NCBI GenBank assembly: GCA_030704615.1
Contig: CM060733.1
Span: forward strand, 20,708,001-20,772,000
DNA length: 64,000 bases
DNA from: Takakia lepidozioides
Taxonomy: Eukaryota; Plantae; Bryophyta
Reading direction: 5' to 3'
The notes under the pieces are model-generated. The model was not told where the DNA came from, did not search any database, and saw nothing but the letters and a program-made list of their open reading frames with translations. The translations under genes were made by a program, and so were the position numbers. Shown one piece after another: positions 12,073 to 24,322 of the stretch (within the stretch, counting starts at the first letter, position 1; every line of letters starts with the position of its first letter).

Positions 12073-12073
12073 T

Positions 12074-12250
12074 TGTATGGACTAGTGACTGCCATAGTGG
12101 GCAGCATAGTGGCAGCCTAGTGACTGACTAGTTGTAGCCTAGTGGTTGGACTAGTGGCTGGACTAGTGGTATACTAGTGTGTGGTGTGCACATGTGTTGT
12201 GTGGTTTTGGACAACGATGTAGTTGTGTAGCGATATGTATGTGCACGACA
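12074..12250 (+). repeat. Terminal repeat B1 (5' part of the LTR)
   Basis: TGTATGG...CACGACA, CTAG-rich; matches 12581-12768. Confidence 0.95.
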
Positions 12251-12252
12251 AC

Positions 12253-12579
12253 TGTCAAGTTATTTTACCACTAGTATGAAACTAGCTAGGAAATAACTAG
12301 CTTTTACATATTGACATTTGGGATTGGCCCAAGTGTCAATCCAGGGGTCAAGACAGATTTAGGCCCTGGAGTGATTATCTTCACGGCAAGCGCGGGAGGC
12401 TCATCTTTCTCGAGTTGAGCCTCACCGCGCCTAGCTATGGCGCCGTAGTGTGGATTCCCCATGGCGTGGGGTGCACTTGGCTTGACTTGTATTTGAGTGA
12501 TGAGGTTATATATGCATGAGTTTATGCTTCAGCTTTGTGAGCTCGCATGAGCTTGTGCTTGTATTCTTCTTCTTTATCA
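12253..12579 (+). repeat. Terminal repeat A2
   Basis: Direct repeat of 1486-1809. Confidence 0.95.
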
Positions 12580-12580
12580 A

Positions 12581-12768
12581 TGTATGGACTAGTGACTGCC
12601 ATAGTGGGCAGCATAGTGGCAGCCTAGTGACTGACTAGTTGTAGCCTAGTGGTTGGACTAGTGGCTGGACTAGTGGTGGACTAGTGGTATACTAGTGTGT
12701 GGTGTGCACATGTGTTGTGTGGTTTTGGACAGCGATGTAGTTGTGTAGCGATATGTATGCGCACAACA
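12581..12768 (+). repeat. Terminal repeat B2
   Basis: Direct repeat of B1 with one extra 11-bp GGACTAGTGGT unit; ends CACAACA, followed by the TSD AAGA. Confidence 0.95.
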
Positions 12769-13022
12769 AAGAGAAACGCACGAAGACACAAGAGTTTCTT
12801 CTGTACACGCAGTTGGACTACTTCAAAATGAGAGACAAAGAAGTAAACCGCACTCAAAACAACATGGTCAGAGCTATCATAGATTTGACGAGAGTAATGG
12901 GGCTTGCATTTGTGAAGGGTGCCCATCCTAAAGATGTAGGAGGTTCCAATGCAAGAGGGGCAAGAGGTTGCAGTGACGAGGAAGACTCTTCTCATGTAGG
13001 TGCAGACAATTCCAACATGTGA
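12769..13022 (+). pseudogene. Harbinger Myb/SANT-like protein, 3' part
   Basis: Removing 1486-12772 gives the in-frame junction ...SLVIE-EKRTKTQEFLLYTQLDYFKMRD..., continuing a helical segment. Confidence 0.8.
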
Positions 13023-13149
13023 AAAAAAGACTACAGAATAAAACTTCATATAGCTACAGTGAATTGTAAAAACTATAGATGATTTGACTACGAAATAATG
13101 GCATCGGCAGTGGCTTGATAAATAACATGCTCACATGTAGTCATGCTAG

Positions 13150-14409
13150 GTTGCGTTGACGACCCAGATATATCGCCAATTGAGTGCATTTCTGAACACC
13201 CGATATTTCCTAACCCTGAATGAATTCAGTTTCTGGTCTGTCATTGCCAAATTCTGGTCCTTCGTTGTATTCTGGCCTTGGCAATGCTTGGTTTTCTCTC
13301 TCAATGATTCTCATCAGCCTCTCAAGGTCATCTTCCCTTCTGCCCCTGATAAGGTTATGCAGGATGCAACAACATGTAAACACATCTGGAACCAAAGTGA
13401 CATGAAGCTCAGTTTTGCAAAGCGTTTCTCTGAAGGTTTTTTTCATGATTCCGAAAGAATTTTCGACTACAGATCTTCCTCTTCTGTGTCTACGATTGTA
13501 CAAGCTAGGATCGAATGATTGCCCTCTTTACGTGGTGTCATTATCCAAGAAATGCAAGGGTAGCCCTTATCGCCAAGGAGATAGGGAGAAAATCCATCCT
13601 GTGAACCCCTGTCCATGTTAAATAATCCCTGGTGTTGTGCTTTCCGGTAGAGTCCAGAAGTCTTTAATACCCGAGAATCATTGACACTTCTTGGCTCATT
13701 CCAATGTATATATCCTTGAATTTTTTGTTGCAATCAACTACCCTTGTGCAACCATTGAGTAACTTTCTGTTTTGTGGTAATAATAATCATCTGCAACTGG
13801 TCCCAGTGGTTTAGCGATCGCAATGTGTGTGCCATTGATTGCTCCGTGAATACTTGACAAACCACACTAGCTTTTGAACTCGGCCATTACTGTCTCCATT
13901 TTTCTACCTACAGGCCATGCAATGAGATTCCGAAAGAGAAGATTGACAGACCACACTACCTCATGAATTACTAGTGACACAGTCGATCGTCCAATCGCAA
14001 ATTGTTCGCTACACGTGAGTAAATTAGCCCCTTGAGCTAATTTGTAAAGAACGCATGATACCCTAATTTCAATTGGTATTGCTATTCTATATAAATTGGT
14101 GTCCTGCTTTTGAATGAAAGGCTTCAACTTATCACACATGTAGAAGACACTCTCTTTGGACATACAAATTTTTTGTATCTAGCGATCATCATCGAACTCT
14201 GTCAACAAGAAAATGGAAAACCACGTAGTGCTACGAGGTTTCACCCAATCTCCGAGGTCAGGATTTGTCTCTGCAATGAAATCGGGTAGGAAGAAAGGTG
14301 GAGTCTTATTTGTAGTTTCAATCATATTTCGTGCCATTTCCACAAGGAGAACCAGAAAACTTGAGCACAAAATCAATTCCTCGATGCTTGGCTCATTAGA
14401 GGAATCCAT
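13150..14409 (-). pseudogene. PIF/Harbinger (HARBI1-like) DDE transposase
   Basis: HTH region (FAIGRSTVS), IHGAINGTHI (catalytic D replaced by N), SVNDSRV, YLLGDKGYP, RSVVENSFGIMK; several stops and frameshifts. Confidence 0.9.
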
Positions 14410-15749
14410 GGTGACAGATGTGATATACAAGCAAGAAAGTGGAACAAGAAATCAACACGCAGCAACGACAAAATGTAGAAGAGAGAAACGAGTGCAGACA
14501 TAGACATGCGCAGACAGGGAGTAACAGATTTATGTGTGTACGCTCGTCGTCCTATCTTGATGTTATATTTTACCACCACTATAAGTAACATTCAAGTGTG
14601 AACAGACGTGCTAATTTTAACTACCGTCGATGATGTTAGATAATCTATGATATATTAAAATATCCACATGGCATCGTGGGTTGGTGTTATCAACTATTTT
14701 TAGCAATATCCCAACACCACGTGTGCAGGGACCTTAACCAAGAGAGACACCATCCAGTTGGATGAGCATCCATCCCATGGATGAGGTTTGGATGTGATTT
14801 GGAAGCCCATAGCGATGGAGCAGACGAGAACTGCCCATCGTGGAAGGCCGCGGTGGCTAAGTAAGGAAGGTGATTGGAGCAGAGGACCTGGTGGTGCCAA
14901 GGCCGCTTCATGCTTTTCGTGGAGAGAGAGAAGAGGCCGAGCTTGGACCGCACGGCAGAGAAGCACACCGACAGCGATGCAGGGAGGCCACATAGCCTGA
15001 GAATTTATTATGAGCGAACTTAGAGTTTTAATGGAGTTTAAGCCTTGAGCGAAGACGTCCAGCCAACGATGAGTGTCGGCACTGGCGAGCAACCCAGAAG
15101 CTGAAAGAGAGGCTTGACTCAGCAGTCGAAGCTAAGCCTGGTGGAGCTCCTGCCAGGGTTTTTCCAATTCACCTGGAGCTCAAAATGGGAAAGTCGGCGA
15201 ATCGAGCCTTGTGACCGCTGCCAGACGAGGGGGGATGCGGGGTCCATTGGCAGTGTGCTGACCTAGCGCAGCGACATAGGATGCCTGCCTTCCCCAGGAG
15301 CCTTGGAACTTGCAGAAGAGGGGACAAAACTTGTACCTCTCTCCTGCTTGCTCCAATTTTCCAGATTTAAGTACAAGTTGAGGCAAGGAAGGCTTGGGTG
15401 AAATTGAATGCAGACATTTGCAGGGATCAACAGTCTGAACATGTTGTTTTATAATAACTTAATTCCAGTGTGCAGCATATGTACTATCAAATTTCTGGTC
15501 TAGATTGTCGTAAATGAATCATGAGTGGAATAGGTGATTAGTGTGAAATGGATCATCACTTTTGTATACCGACAGTGTGCAGTGACACATAAGTCTTGGC
15601 ACGAGCCTTGGCACGAGCTTCTGCTGAACATTGATCGCTGAAATGAGCTTGGACTCAAAATCTTCGTCCTCCGGAAATGATAAACTCGTGCATGCCAACC
15701 GTTCTGATCAGCTAGTCATGTGCTCCTGAAGGTTCTGTCCACGGTAGCA

Positions 15750-16200
15750 TTTAGAAAAGTCTAAAGGGGTTGTGTACGTTGCCATTTACCGACATTATTC
15801 CGAGGGGTTAAGCCTGGTTATATGCCTTCAATACCTCTGGTAAGGTAAGTGCCTTGAAGATGACGTGTAGTAATCTGTCTCAGTTCGATGGTTCCTCTTT
15901 TTAGGTCTCTCGGACTTGAGTATAACCAAGTTCAGAGTTCACCGAGGTTTTGAGCATCGAGCCTGAGGGATACTGAACCGAGATTGAACCCCTATTGAAC
16001 AGCTTGGAATATGGTGGAGCCTATGATTGGTCGGACTTCACATGCATCACTACACTTCCTTGCGTAGATCCTTTAGACCCAGGTCGGGTAGATCATTATA
16101 ACTAACACCCAGCTTTCTGAAGTATATACAGATTTGAGACTCATCCAGCAGGAAAAGAGAAAACCAAGTCCAACAGTAACTCTTGCTTTCGCTTTCACTT
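15750..16200 (-). pseudogene. Possible decayed leucine-rich-repeat fragment
   Basis: FRKLGVSYNDLPDLGLKDL resembles an RI-like LRR unit; little further support. Confidence 0.25.
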
Positions 16201-16880
16201 GGGCAAGCAGCCCATTCGTTTTTGTGTTGCCTGGGCATAGAGTGCAAGGTGACTCCTGGTTTTAAACAATCCTACCCAAAGTTCCTTCAAGCCCCTCAAT
16301 GGGCTGTGACTCTGTAAATTCGTTCGATGTTAAACAAACGAATTCATCCTTAAGGTCATATTCTTTACAAAGTTTGATACACCCCTCAACATTCATCAAA
16401 AACTATCAATTACCCATAATCGATCGGAAATACCCATAGTCCTAGTTACGGGTACACACGAGGGAGCATATTCTGCGACTATAGCTCATACAGCCGATGG
16501 CCAAAGGAAATGTGAAAGGCGTTCTCATATAGTTTCCCGTGCCATGACCAACTGAAGGTGGAGCAAGGCCGCCCATTCTGTGAAGCAGCGAAACATGAGC
16601 GATGCCTGTCAGAAGATAAGGAGGACTTGAACCTCTTCTCATGGAGACGCACGCAACATTATTACGTAAATATCTTCATGGCAGTTCAACTCAGCCTGTG
16701 ATACAGGTCTGCAGATGCAACTGAACATTTTTGGAGGGCGTGCATGCATGCACCTTGTTGACAAGCTCTCAACTGCAACTACTTAGTCGGTAACGAGTCG
16801 GTAACACGGGTGTATGCTATAAACTATCGTCGAACTGTATATAACCTACTTCCAACTTTGACTCTGAAGGAATTCCCAAG

Positions 16881-17093
16881 TACTATATAGCAGTTACTGT
16901 AGCCCATTAATGCACCCTTTCCTCTTAACGGATCGTGCAAAAGAGCCGTGTTCACATTGACAAGCTCAAAGTGGTTCTGGTCCAAATACTATATAGAAGT
17001 TACTGTAGCCCATTAATGCACCCTTTCCTTTCAACGGATCGGTCAAAAGAGCCGCGTTCACATTGACAATGTGGAAGTGGTTCTGGTTCAAAT
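16881..17093 (+). repeat. Two-copy 106-bp tandem duplication
   Basis: TACTATATAG.AGTTACTGTAGCCCATTAATGCACCC...GTGGTTCTGG starts at 16881 and at 16987. Confidence 0.9.
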
Positions 17094-17933
17094 CAACATG
17101 CTTCCTGAGCATCTGCTCTGACTTTCACTTCCTGGGGGACGTCAGATTCTGAATACAAGCGCTCCCCAAAAAGAATGTGTCGTAAAAATTCATCTTTGAC
17201 TCAATTACACTGTACGAGGTCTGATGTTGTGGTTCGATCGATCTTGCTAATTTGGTACTACATATACTAATTGTTTGAGCGTGCCCCCCCTAACATTTTG
17301 TAAATCTCAAGTGTTCATTTGCTTCAACCTGCCTTGAACATACGACCAAATATCACGGAGAGGTTCTGTTGTTTACGTGTTTGCAGAGTTCGTTGCTCGA
17401 AACGTACAGCTTATGATTCAAAAATATTGTCGTTAAAATATGAATCCCGACATTTGAATTTTGAAATTGACGCGTGCGCTAATATAGTCGGGACAAGAAG
17501 AGGGGGCAGGTCTTATCGAGACGGTCACTCCGACGTAATCGTGCGCAGATCTGAATTATTTAAGACAATCAAATGCACGCGGGGACGGTTCTGGTCGTTG
17601 GAGACCCTGCTATATATCCCGACCTCCTCCTCTGCCCTCTTTACTTGAAGCTCTCTCTGGAACTACTCCTACTATTCTTAGGCTGAAGCCGGAAAGTTTT
17701 TGTTGTACAAGCAAAGTGTGAAATTTGTAGTGCCTGCTTACTCTCTGTTATAGCAGAAGGACGGCTCCTTATTCTTTAGTAGATCCACCAGATCGTACTC
17801 TTGAATGAGTACACTGACTTAGTGAACTCTTTCTCCTCAAGGGCGTACTACTCTCAAGCCTCACTAACTAGACTGCTATATCCACACTTCTGAGTTTGAT
17901 CAAAGGACAGTCTCAAGAGTCATATCATTAACC

Positions 17934-20900
17934 ATGGTTTCAAACAATGATGTATATATCTTCCTTTCTTTGATCTATTTAAAACTCCAATTTCTGTAGA
18001 GAGATAAGGTTGAGATGCTTTAGTGAAGGCATCATGATTGGACAACTTACAAGTAACTAGAAAGGTACTTGTAAAAGTCTGTCGGCTTAGTCATGAATTG
18101 GGCAGGAAGGCCTGGTACTGGCGCCAGACATTGCCCAGGAAGTCAAATTTTCCAGTCCTATTCTTATGTAGTCCACTTCGAGTATGTATTTGTTTGCGTC
18201 GTTAATTATTCTCCTTTTAATTTTTTCGGGGTCTATATGATCTGTGCGACGGAATATAACAGTATGAAGATGGGTTGTTTTGCAGTGGTGGGAGGCCCAA
18301 GCTTCGAACGTTAACGACGCCGATGAAGTTCAACAGGATCCGGTAAATCCTCACTCTACCAGACATATCCAAAGGACGGTCGAGAAAGAGCGTCGCTCGT
18401 GATCAAACTGAAAATGATGTCACATAGTTGGACATGGAATTCAGTGTCTAACATCAAGTGCTATTCAGCCTTTTCAGGAATCTTCACACACTCTTATAGA
18501 TCCCAAGGGACAGAGAACAGAAAAGAACCGCAGACCTGTTTGGGCATGGTGACAAGAAGAGACCGATCTGAGCTTTTCAGTGTAGCAGTCTGGGAGCCCC
18601 GGAACCGACGGAGGCACCGGTCTGCGAAGCCTGGACTTCCCTAATTAATTATAACCATTCATAGACTTCAATTGTGTTGTATCGGGTCCGTCTGTAGGGA
18701 TGGGTTACTCATTAATAGCCTAGATCTGATATTATCTCTATTAAGCTCCCACTGCATGATAAACCTAGTGGTGATGGAGCCCCAGGCAATCATTCCGGGT
18801 AGATATAGCAGATTGTACAGACACCAAACAAAATTCCATACCAGTTCACTACAGATTCCCTTGAGATTGCTGCTGAGATGATAGACTTCAAATAGCAGAT
18901 TTGTAAGTAGGTGGGACAACATACAGTTTATCACGAGGCGCTGTTGTATATAGGTTTCATTGGCAACATCTAATATGAGCACCACCCAACCCAAATGGGT
19001 GGGATGGTGGTATTACTGATTTCCTGGAACCCAAAGAGGTGAGAATGACCCATAAGACAATGAAGCCTAGTGACAGTCTTCCTTTTATAGTCCAAAAAGC
19101 CAAAGTCTTGTTATTTTGCTTCGTTTTAACTTTTCCGGAAGGGGTGAAGTGACCCCATAAGTTAAGCTTTCTTCGGCAGGTCGAGTCAACCTACCTTCTA
19201 ATTTGAAGAAACACTAACCACCACGTCCAGGACTATGGAATACATAGTTCACAAATTCTATGATACAGCACCGAAGTACAAGCACAAGGACGCTACCTGG
19301 CCCTATCATTGATGTCCACCTTGGAAGATGATGGGTGGTAGGAGCTGACCTGCAAGAGCATGCGTAACCTCTCGGTCCTAAGTATAGAAGCTCTTGACTT
19401 CAAGATTTCATAGGTACGGATAGATTCTCATTTTCCATTACTAGTGTCATCCTGTTCTTGATCTAGGAATGAGGGCCTAGCACCTCACCTCACCTTAAAG
19501 AAAGCTTATGAGGACTCTCTTTGACCCAAGTATATAATATTTCATCCGCATAACATAGTAATTCCACAATGCAATCAGTTTAAACTGTAATGCACAGTCA
19601 GATCAGCGCCGTCAGTGCATGTTCCCTCTGAACATTTCTGCTACGGCTACCCAGTACCCTTCAACCTCGCCCGCAACTCCTATAGAGTGGAAGACTACTG
19701 CAATGAAGGCTTTATAAGCTTAGATATTATGCAGCCCGAGATGCAGGAGGGGAGCGCGGGAATATACATGCTCTAAAATCATAAAGCTATGACAACACAG
19801 CACAGCCTTCTATATGTTCGGGGACTTGGTTAGCATTTCAGGGCTAGCGCTTAACCCTCGCACAAAGCTGGCATATTGTCCAGATATGAATATGAAAAAT
19901 CCTCTTCGTATCATATAGAACCCTTTCTTCCCGCCCTTCCCGAGAGAGAGTGTGTGCGATGTGCCTTCATCAGTATCAGCATTTAAATGTTACTAAGTAA
20001 ATGACCAGTAATTTAGCACCTGAAGGGATTGCAACTTAGTAGATAGATAATTTCCTACATGATCCTGTACTCTACCACAACGTAGACTTCGAATGAATTT
20101 AATTTTCCACATAATAACACCTTAGTAGAGAGGTCCTTGACGTATAGGCGCCGAACGTTCCTTAGAAATCTCGTTGAGAGCTGTAACAATCACACAATAG
20201 CTTGTGCTCAATAATCAAAAGTGATGAAATATGCACGTTTGATCTGACAACGTTTGCCACACATCGGATGAATTCGGGTTGTGTATTTCTCTTCACCTAG
20301 CTAAGTAGAGAGATTTATTAACTCTTGGGTACTACCATTGTGACCTCAGACCTACTCAACTAGAGTCAACGTACAGTACATCTAAAGGGAAGTCAACTTT
20401 GATTTCGATATTAGAATCTCCCAGCGAGAATCAGTTTTGAGGAAGTCTTCGCGCACAATTACACTAGTGCTATGATGAACGCGCATTTGAATAAATTGGA
20501 CCTGAATTCGTGCCAGAGCATTTGCGCGATGCGTGTCATATAAGGAAGATGCAACTATCTTCCAGTTGAACAGTCAACCGTCGATCTTCATAGCTAGCAA
20601 GTGGAAGTGACAAGTTTTAAGTCTAAGAAAAAGCTAGTGATTTCCAATGAATTTCTAGATGGTTGAGGCTGAGAGGGTTAAGATGTCATTTTCCCGGAGT
20701 CCTTCAGGAGGAGAGCTTTAGTGAAGGTCTCACAAGCCAACTTGTTTTGAATAGGCCTAAGAGGATGCGAAGCATGACATAAGGGACCTTGACTTTTCCT
20801 GAGAGGCGATGCTTTATATATGCCATAGATGGTGTTCAAAATCTCAAACTCGTGCAATAATTAAGTTGTTTTTAATAGTTAACACAAATGAGAAAACATT

Positions 20901-21633
20901 GAACTCGTTGCTATCTTCCCCCTCCAGTCCCCCTTCATACCAATAGAATGTTGTACGCTGGAGCGACTAAAATGCAGCTCATGGGTGTGCAGGTAATCAC
21001 TGTAAGAGTCAGCGTCGTTCTCGACGAAAGCCAATTGAAGAAAGTGCGGAAAGTACTCCGTAAAATGAGTAAGCATGGATCCCGACTTGTTCTCTTGTTT
21101 CTCTGTCTTTCTACCAAAGTAAGGTTCTCTCTTAGCTTGCGTTCATCAAGTCATAGCCTATGGATCTTCAACAATACACTGGACCGCCATCAGTTTCTTC
21201 TCCGACATGGTGAGTGTATGGATGAATTTGTATTCTACAGTTGACAGAAATTCCCAATTCTCTCAGCATCATCAGCGTGTATGCCTATCAACTTAGTAAA
21301 TTTTTCACAAACTCAGTGCTGATTTCTGACAAATCTCATATGGCACTTCTGGGCGTGTGAGGATGCTCTGTGAGGCAGAGCGACTGAAAGAGGCTCTACA
21401 AGCCCTCTCTAGAAATTTGGGTAATATACACAGGATCATGAACGCTAGCTCAGTACACATGTGAAGGATCATCTCTCAATATGACTATCCTAAACAATGG
21501 CATTTGGACCTACTTTGCAGATCTGGAACTTCGCTATGATGATGAGACAGTCTCTGTCACAGGTGCGGGCATCGACGGAGCCAAAATTCTCAGAAAAATA
21601 CAGAAGGTCAATCGGAACGCCAGACTTCTGTAG
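17934..21633 (+). CDS. HMA-fold protein lacking the metal-binding cysteines (predicted 87 aa, 4 exons)
   Basis: Exons 17934-17951, 18286-18342, 20993-21068 and 21521-21633 with GT/AG borders. Same 18-nt / phase-0 / 76-nt / terminal plan as the neighbouring HMA genes. VITVRVSVVLDESQLKKVRKVLRKM-NLELRYDDETVSVTGAGIDGAKILRKIQK. TATA-like TATATA at 17611. The first two exons are less certain. Confidence 0.65.
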
Positions 21634-24322
21634 TAACAAGAATTCTTCTAGATCCTACACTCAGACAAGATGTGTAAAGTTCGACATTTTCCTTGTACAC
21701 TCTTCGACATTCTTTGCTGGAGCATCGTCACGCAATAATCATCAGAATAACGCTTCCTTCGGGAGGCGTCATATGTATGTATGCATCATCAGAATAACTA
21801 TGTAATTGCGTCATTTTTGTTGTGCTCTTCATTCCCGGACATTAATCTTTATTGGAGAATAAGGCTCTGGACAATTAGTGGTATATTTGGCAGCCACCAG
21901 GCTTTCATAGCCAGGTGCACTCGTTCAGTTTCCAGGGGATGTTACTATAGTCATTGTCAGATCTACTCCTCGAATGTGAAGATAGGACGAAGGGAGGGAG
22001 ACCACTACCTTCCGCTAAGCTTTGGAGATATTCAATATGTGTTTCATCGACAGTTTATGGATGACTTTATGCATACTTGTACTCGGACATGCAAGGTTGG
22101 TTGGGGTTTCAGCTGGGCTCGAGTTCTTTTTTGGGCGCTCCTGTTCTGTTCTGTTACTTCATTCCTCATGTGGTAGAGTCGTTCTCGTGTACAATCACAT
22201 CATGAATGTTCTTCAAGTTTGTTGGCAATCAGACTGCACGACTGTGAACAACACAATGGGGATGATACTTGGTAGGCACACTGGTGCAGATATTCAGTTG
22301 CTATGAACTTTGAACCCACCTGTATGTTTTGCAAGACAACTTAGAACTACATGTGAACTCTGTAAGTATTTTGACTTGAGGGGCTTGGACACTCCAACCC
22401 TAACTGTCCATCTTTGTCTTTAACCGGAGTCAGATCCTTGGGTTTGATTCTGATCAGACCGACTTCTGAAAGGAAGTTGTAGCCCTTCAAGAGAGACATC
22501 CAATGCCATCAGCCCCAAGTTCAGGAGACAAAAATCCAGGGACTTATGAGCAGATGCAGTTGAGGGTGACAGTTGAAGAGGAATGGAGAGGAAAGAGGAG
22601 GGCAGGGAAGAGTTCCGTCTAGCAGACGGCGTTATATCACGACGGAGGCACGGCCAACCGACGCAGGGGTTGGACGAAAGTTGATGATTGAGCTGGGCCC
22701 GACCGACCGCCCGACCGACGTCCGCTGACAGACGTCAAGCTGTTTGCTCCAGCACAGTTGACGTCAGTTTGGGGTCCACTGCAAGCGAGGTCGGCGGGCT
22801 TGGCCCCACTCCCTTGCCATTACAAGCACTTACTACTTAGAGTGGATTGTCTACTTACAGAGAAAACTCAACTGTTTCCGAGATTACTAAAGAACCCACA
22901 AGATATTTACACGACCTGCCTCGGTTTTGCTGAATTCCAATCTAGTGCTATCACATGGGCCAATGAACCTATCGAATGATATGAGAATGACAACAGTACT
23001 ACGCACGAGCTGGTCTGGTCTGATCCTTCAACTTTGTCTCTGGCACGATCGTTCATACTTTCATACATTGTCATTACCAGGTTGAACTGAAGGGGCTGGC
23101 CCTTCCCATCAACCATTCATAAACTTACGCATCAGCATTGATGTTGACCAAGTCAGCACTGCAGCAGTGACTGTCTCCTAGCTTCAGATCAAATATCTTA
23201 GAAAATGTTGAGAGCATGGGGACCACCATGGCCACTGCCACTTGAACCCAGGTGCAATTGGCCGTGATGGCGAGTCGCGACAACATGCAGCTGGCCACAC
23301 TGTGCACTTACCCATTGGTGAGACGGCCCAAATGTCTCCTTTTATGCTGAATATCTGGTACGCTCAGTTCTGGCCACCTCCATCTACTATCACCTTAGCG
23401 AAGATTAGTCTGTAGCTAGGACACTAAAATTTGGAACGGTAGCCTCCTGTAATTTCGGGATATTTATAGATCTTCAGTCTTGAGCAAGAAGCTTGGTCTG
23501 AGTCCACCCAGTAGATATGCAACCTGTAATATTTATCGTCACTACTGCTTGCGACTGAGAGAGGAGTTTTTCTTTGAAAAAAACATACACATGTACATAG
23601 GACAGATCTATTTCATTGGACAAGTGAACATAGGCCTGCTCCGCTAACAATGATTAAAATGGGTGTCCTTCCTTGTGGATACGTGGCCGGCAAGTTAGCG
23701 AGCGGTATCTCAGTTGCTAGCGTGGGCGATTCAAATGGCCGCCCAAAGACCACCCACCAAGCCTGTAAGGCGCGGGGCCCACTTTTGAGTCTGGATTCTT
23801 CCTTGTATTATGTAACTACAATGGACTGCTTTGATTGCATTTGGATAAAGTAATTCCCCTTCTTCCTCGCTGCTGGAATGTATAAAGCATCACAATTCGA
23901 CTCATTCCTTATGTACATATTCGTTGTGAATACCAACAATCTTCAACTTTCTTCATTTTCAGTGTTTTCTTGAATCTCTCTATCTCTCGATCTGCTTTCC
24001 CTGTGTTTACTATTGTGTTCTTGTGTGATCTTGCCTCCAAAGTTCAATGCTGTTTGCATTTGTCTGAAGTCACGTGATCGTTCTCTGAACATTGAGCTTG
24101 CTCCTCAATCTCGACTCTACTGGCCGTAATCATCATTTTCAACCACTAAAGCTCGAATCTCAGCGTGCAGCCAGCGATCCGGTCATCTACACACCCATCG
24201 TCGTCTTCCCTATCAAATCTCACACTCTTCAATCTCAGCATCTTGCATTCTTCTCCCGTGCCAGCGTCTTAGCGTTACTCCGAACCCAGAGCAGCTTCCT
24301 CAAGCTTCAAACACCAGCAAGG

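Larger units (their letters stand above)
1486..12768 (+). mobile_element. Ty3/Gypsy LTR retrotransposon carrying a C5 DNA methyltransferase and a PHD finger, with split/permuted terminal repeats
   Basis: Domain order gag-PR-DNMT-RT-RH-IN-PHD; TG...CA termini; 4-bp TSD AAGA at 1482-1485 and 12769-12772; PPT at 12063-12072. Confidence 0.95.
1..14720. mobile_element. PIF/Harbinger DNA transposon (convergent Myb/SANT gene and DDE transposase), interrupted by a Gypsy insertion
   Basis: Trihelix/Myb-SANT ORF on + and HARBI1-type transposase on - facing each other, the typical two-gene Harbinger layout. TIRs not identified; the left end is probably outside the window and the right end is approximate. 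Confidence 0.8.

Noticed and set aside
12074-12768. Explaining B-A-B as a solo LTR inserted into a second, unrelated element
   Set aside because: No TSDs at the internal junctions; only the outer AAGA pair exists and it restores the target reading frame.
1486-12768. Classification as a DIRS/Ngaro tyrosine-recombinase element because of the split repeats and a methyltransferase
   Set aside because: It encodes an aspartic protease and an HHCC-DDE integrase and has a TSD; no tyrosine recombinase seen; the methyltransferase is C5-cytosine type, not Dam-like.
14720-15400. GC-richer block with several short ORFs
   Set aside because: Possibly a decayed retroelement, but no diagnostic motif was recognised.
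21342-21420. Alternative HMA-like exon VRMLCEAERLKEALQALSRNL before a GT at 21421
   Set aside because: In-frame stop just upstream and no good acceptor; exon 20993-21068 matches the 76-nt paralogous exon exactly.
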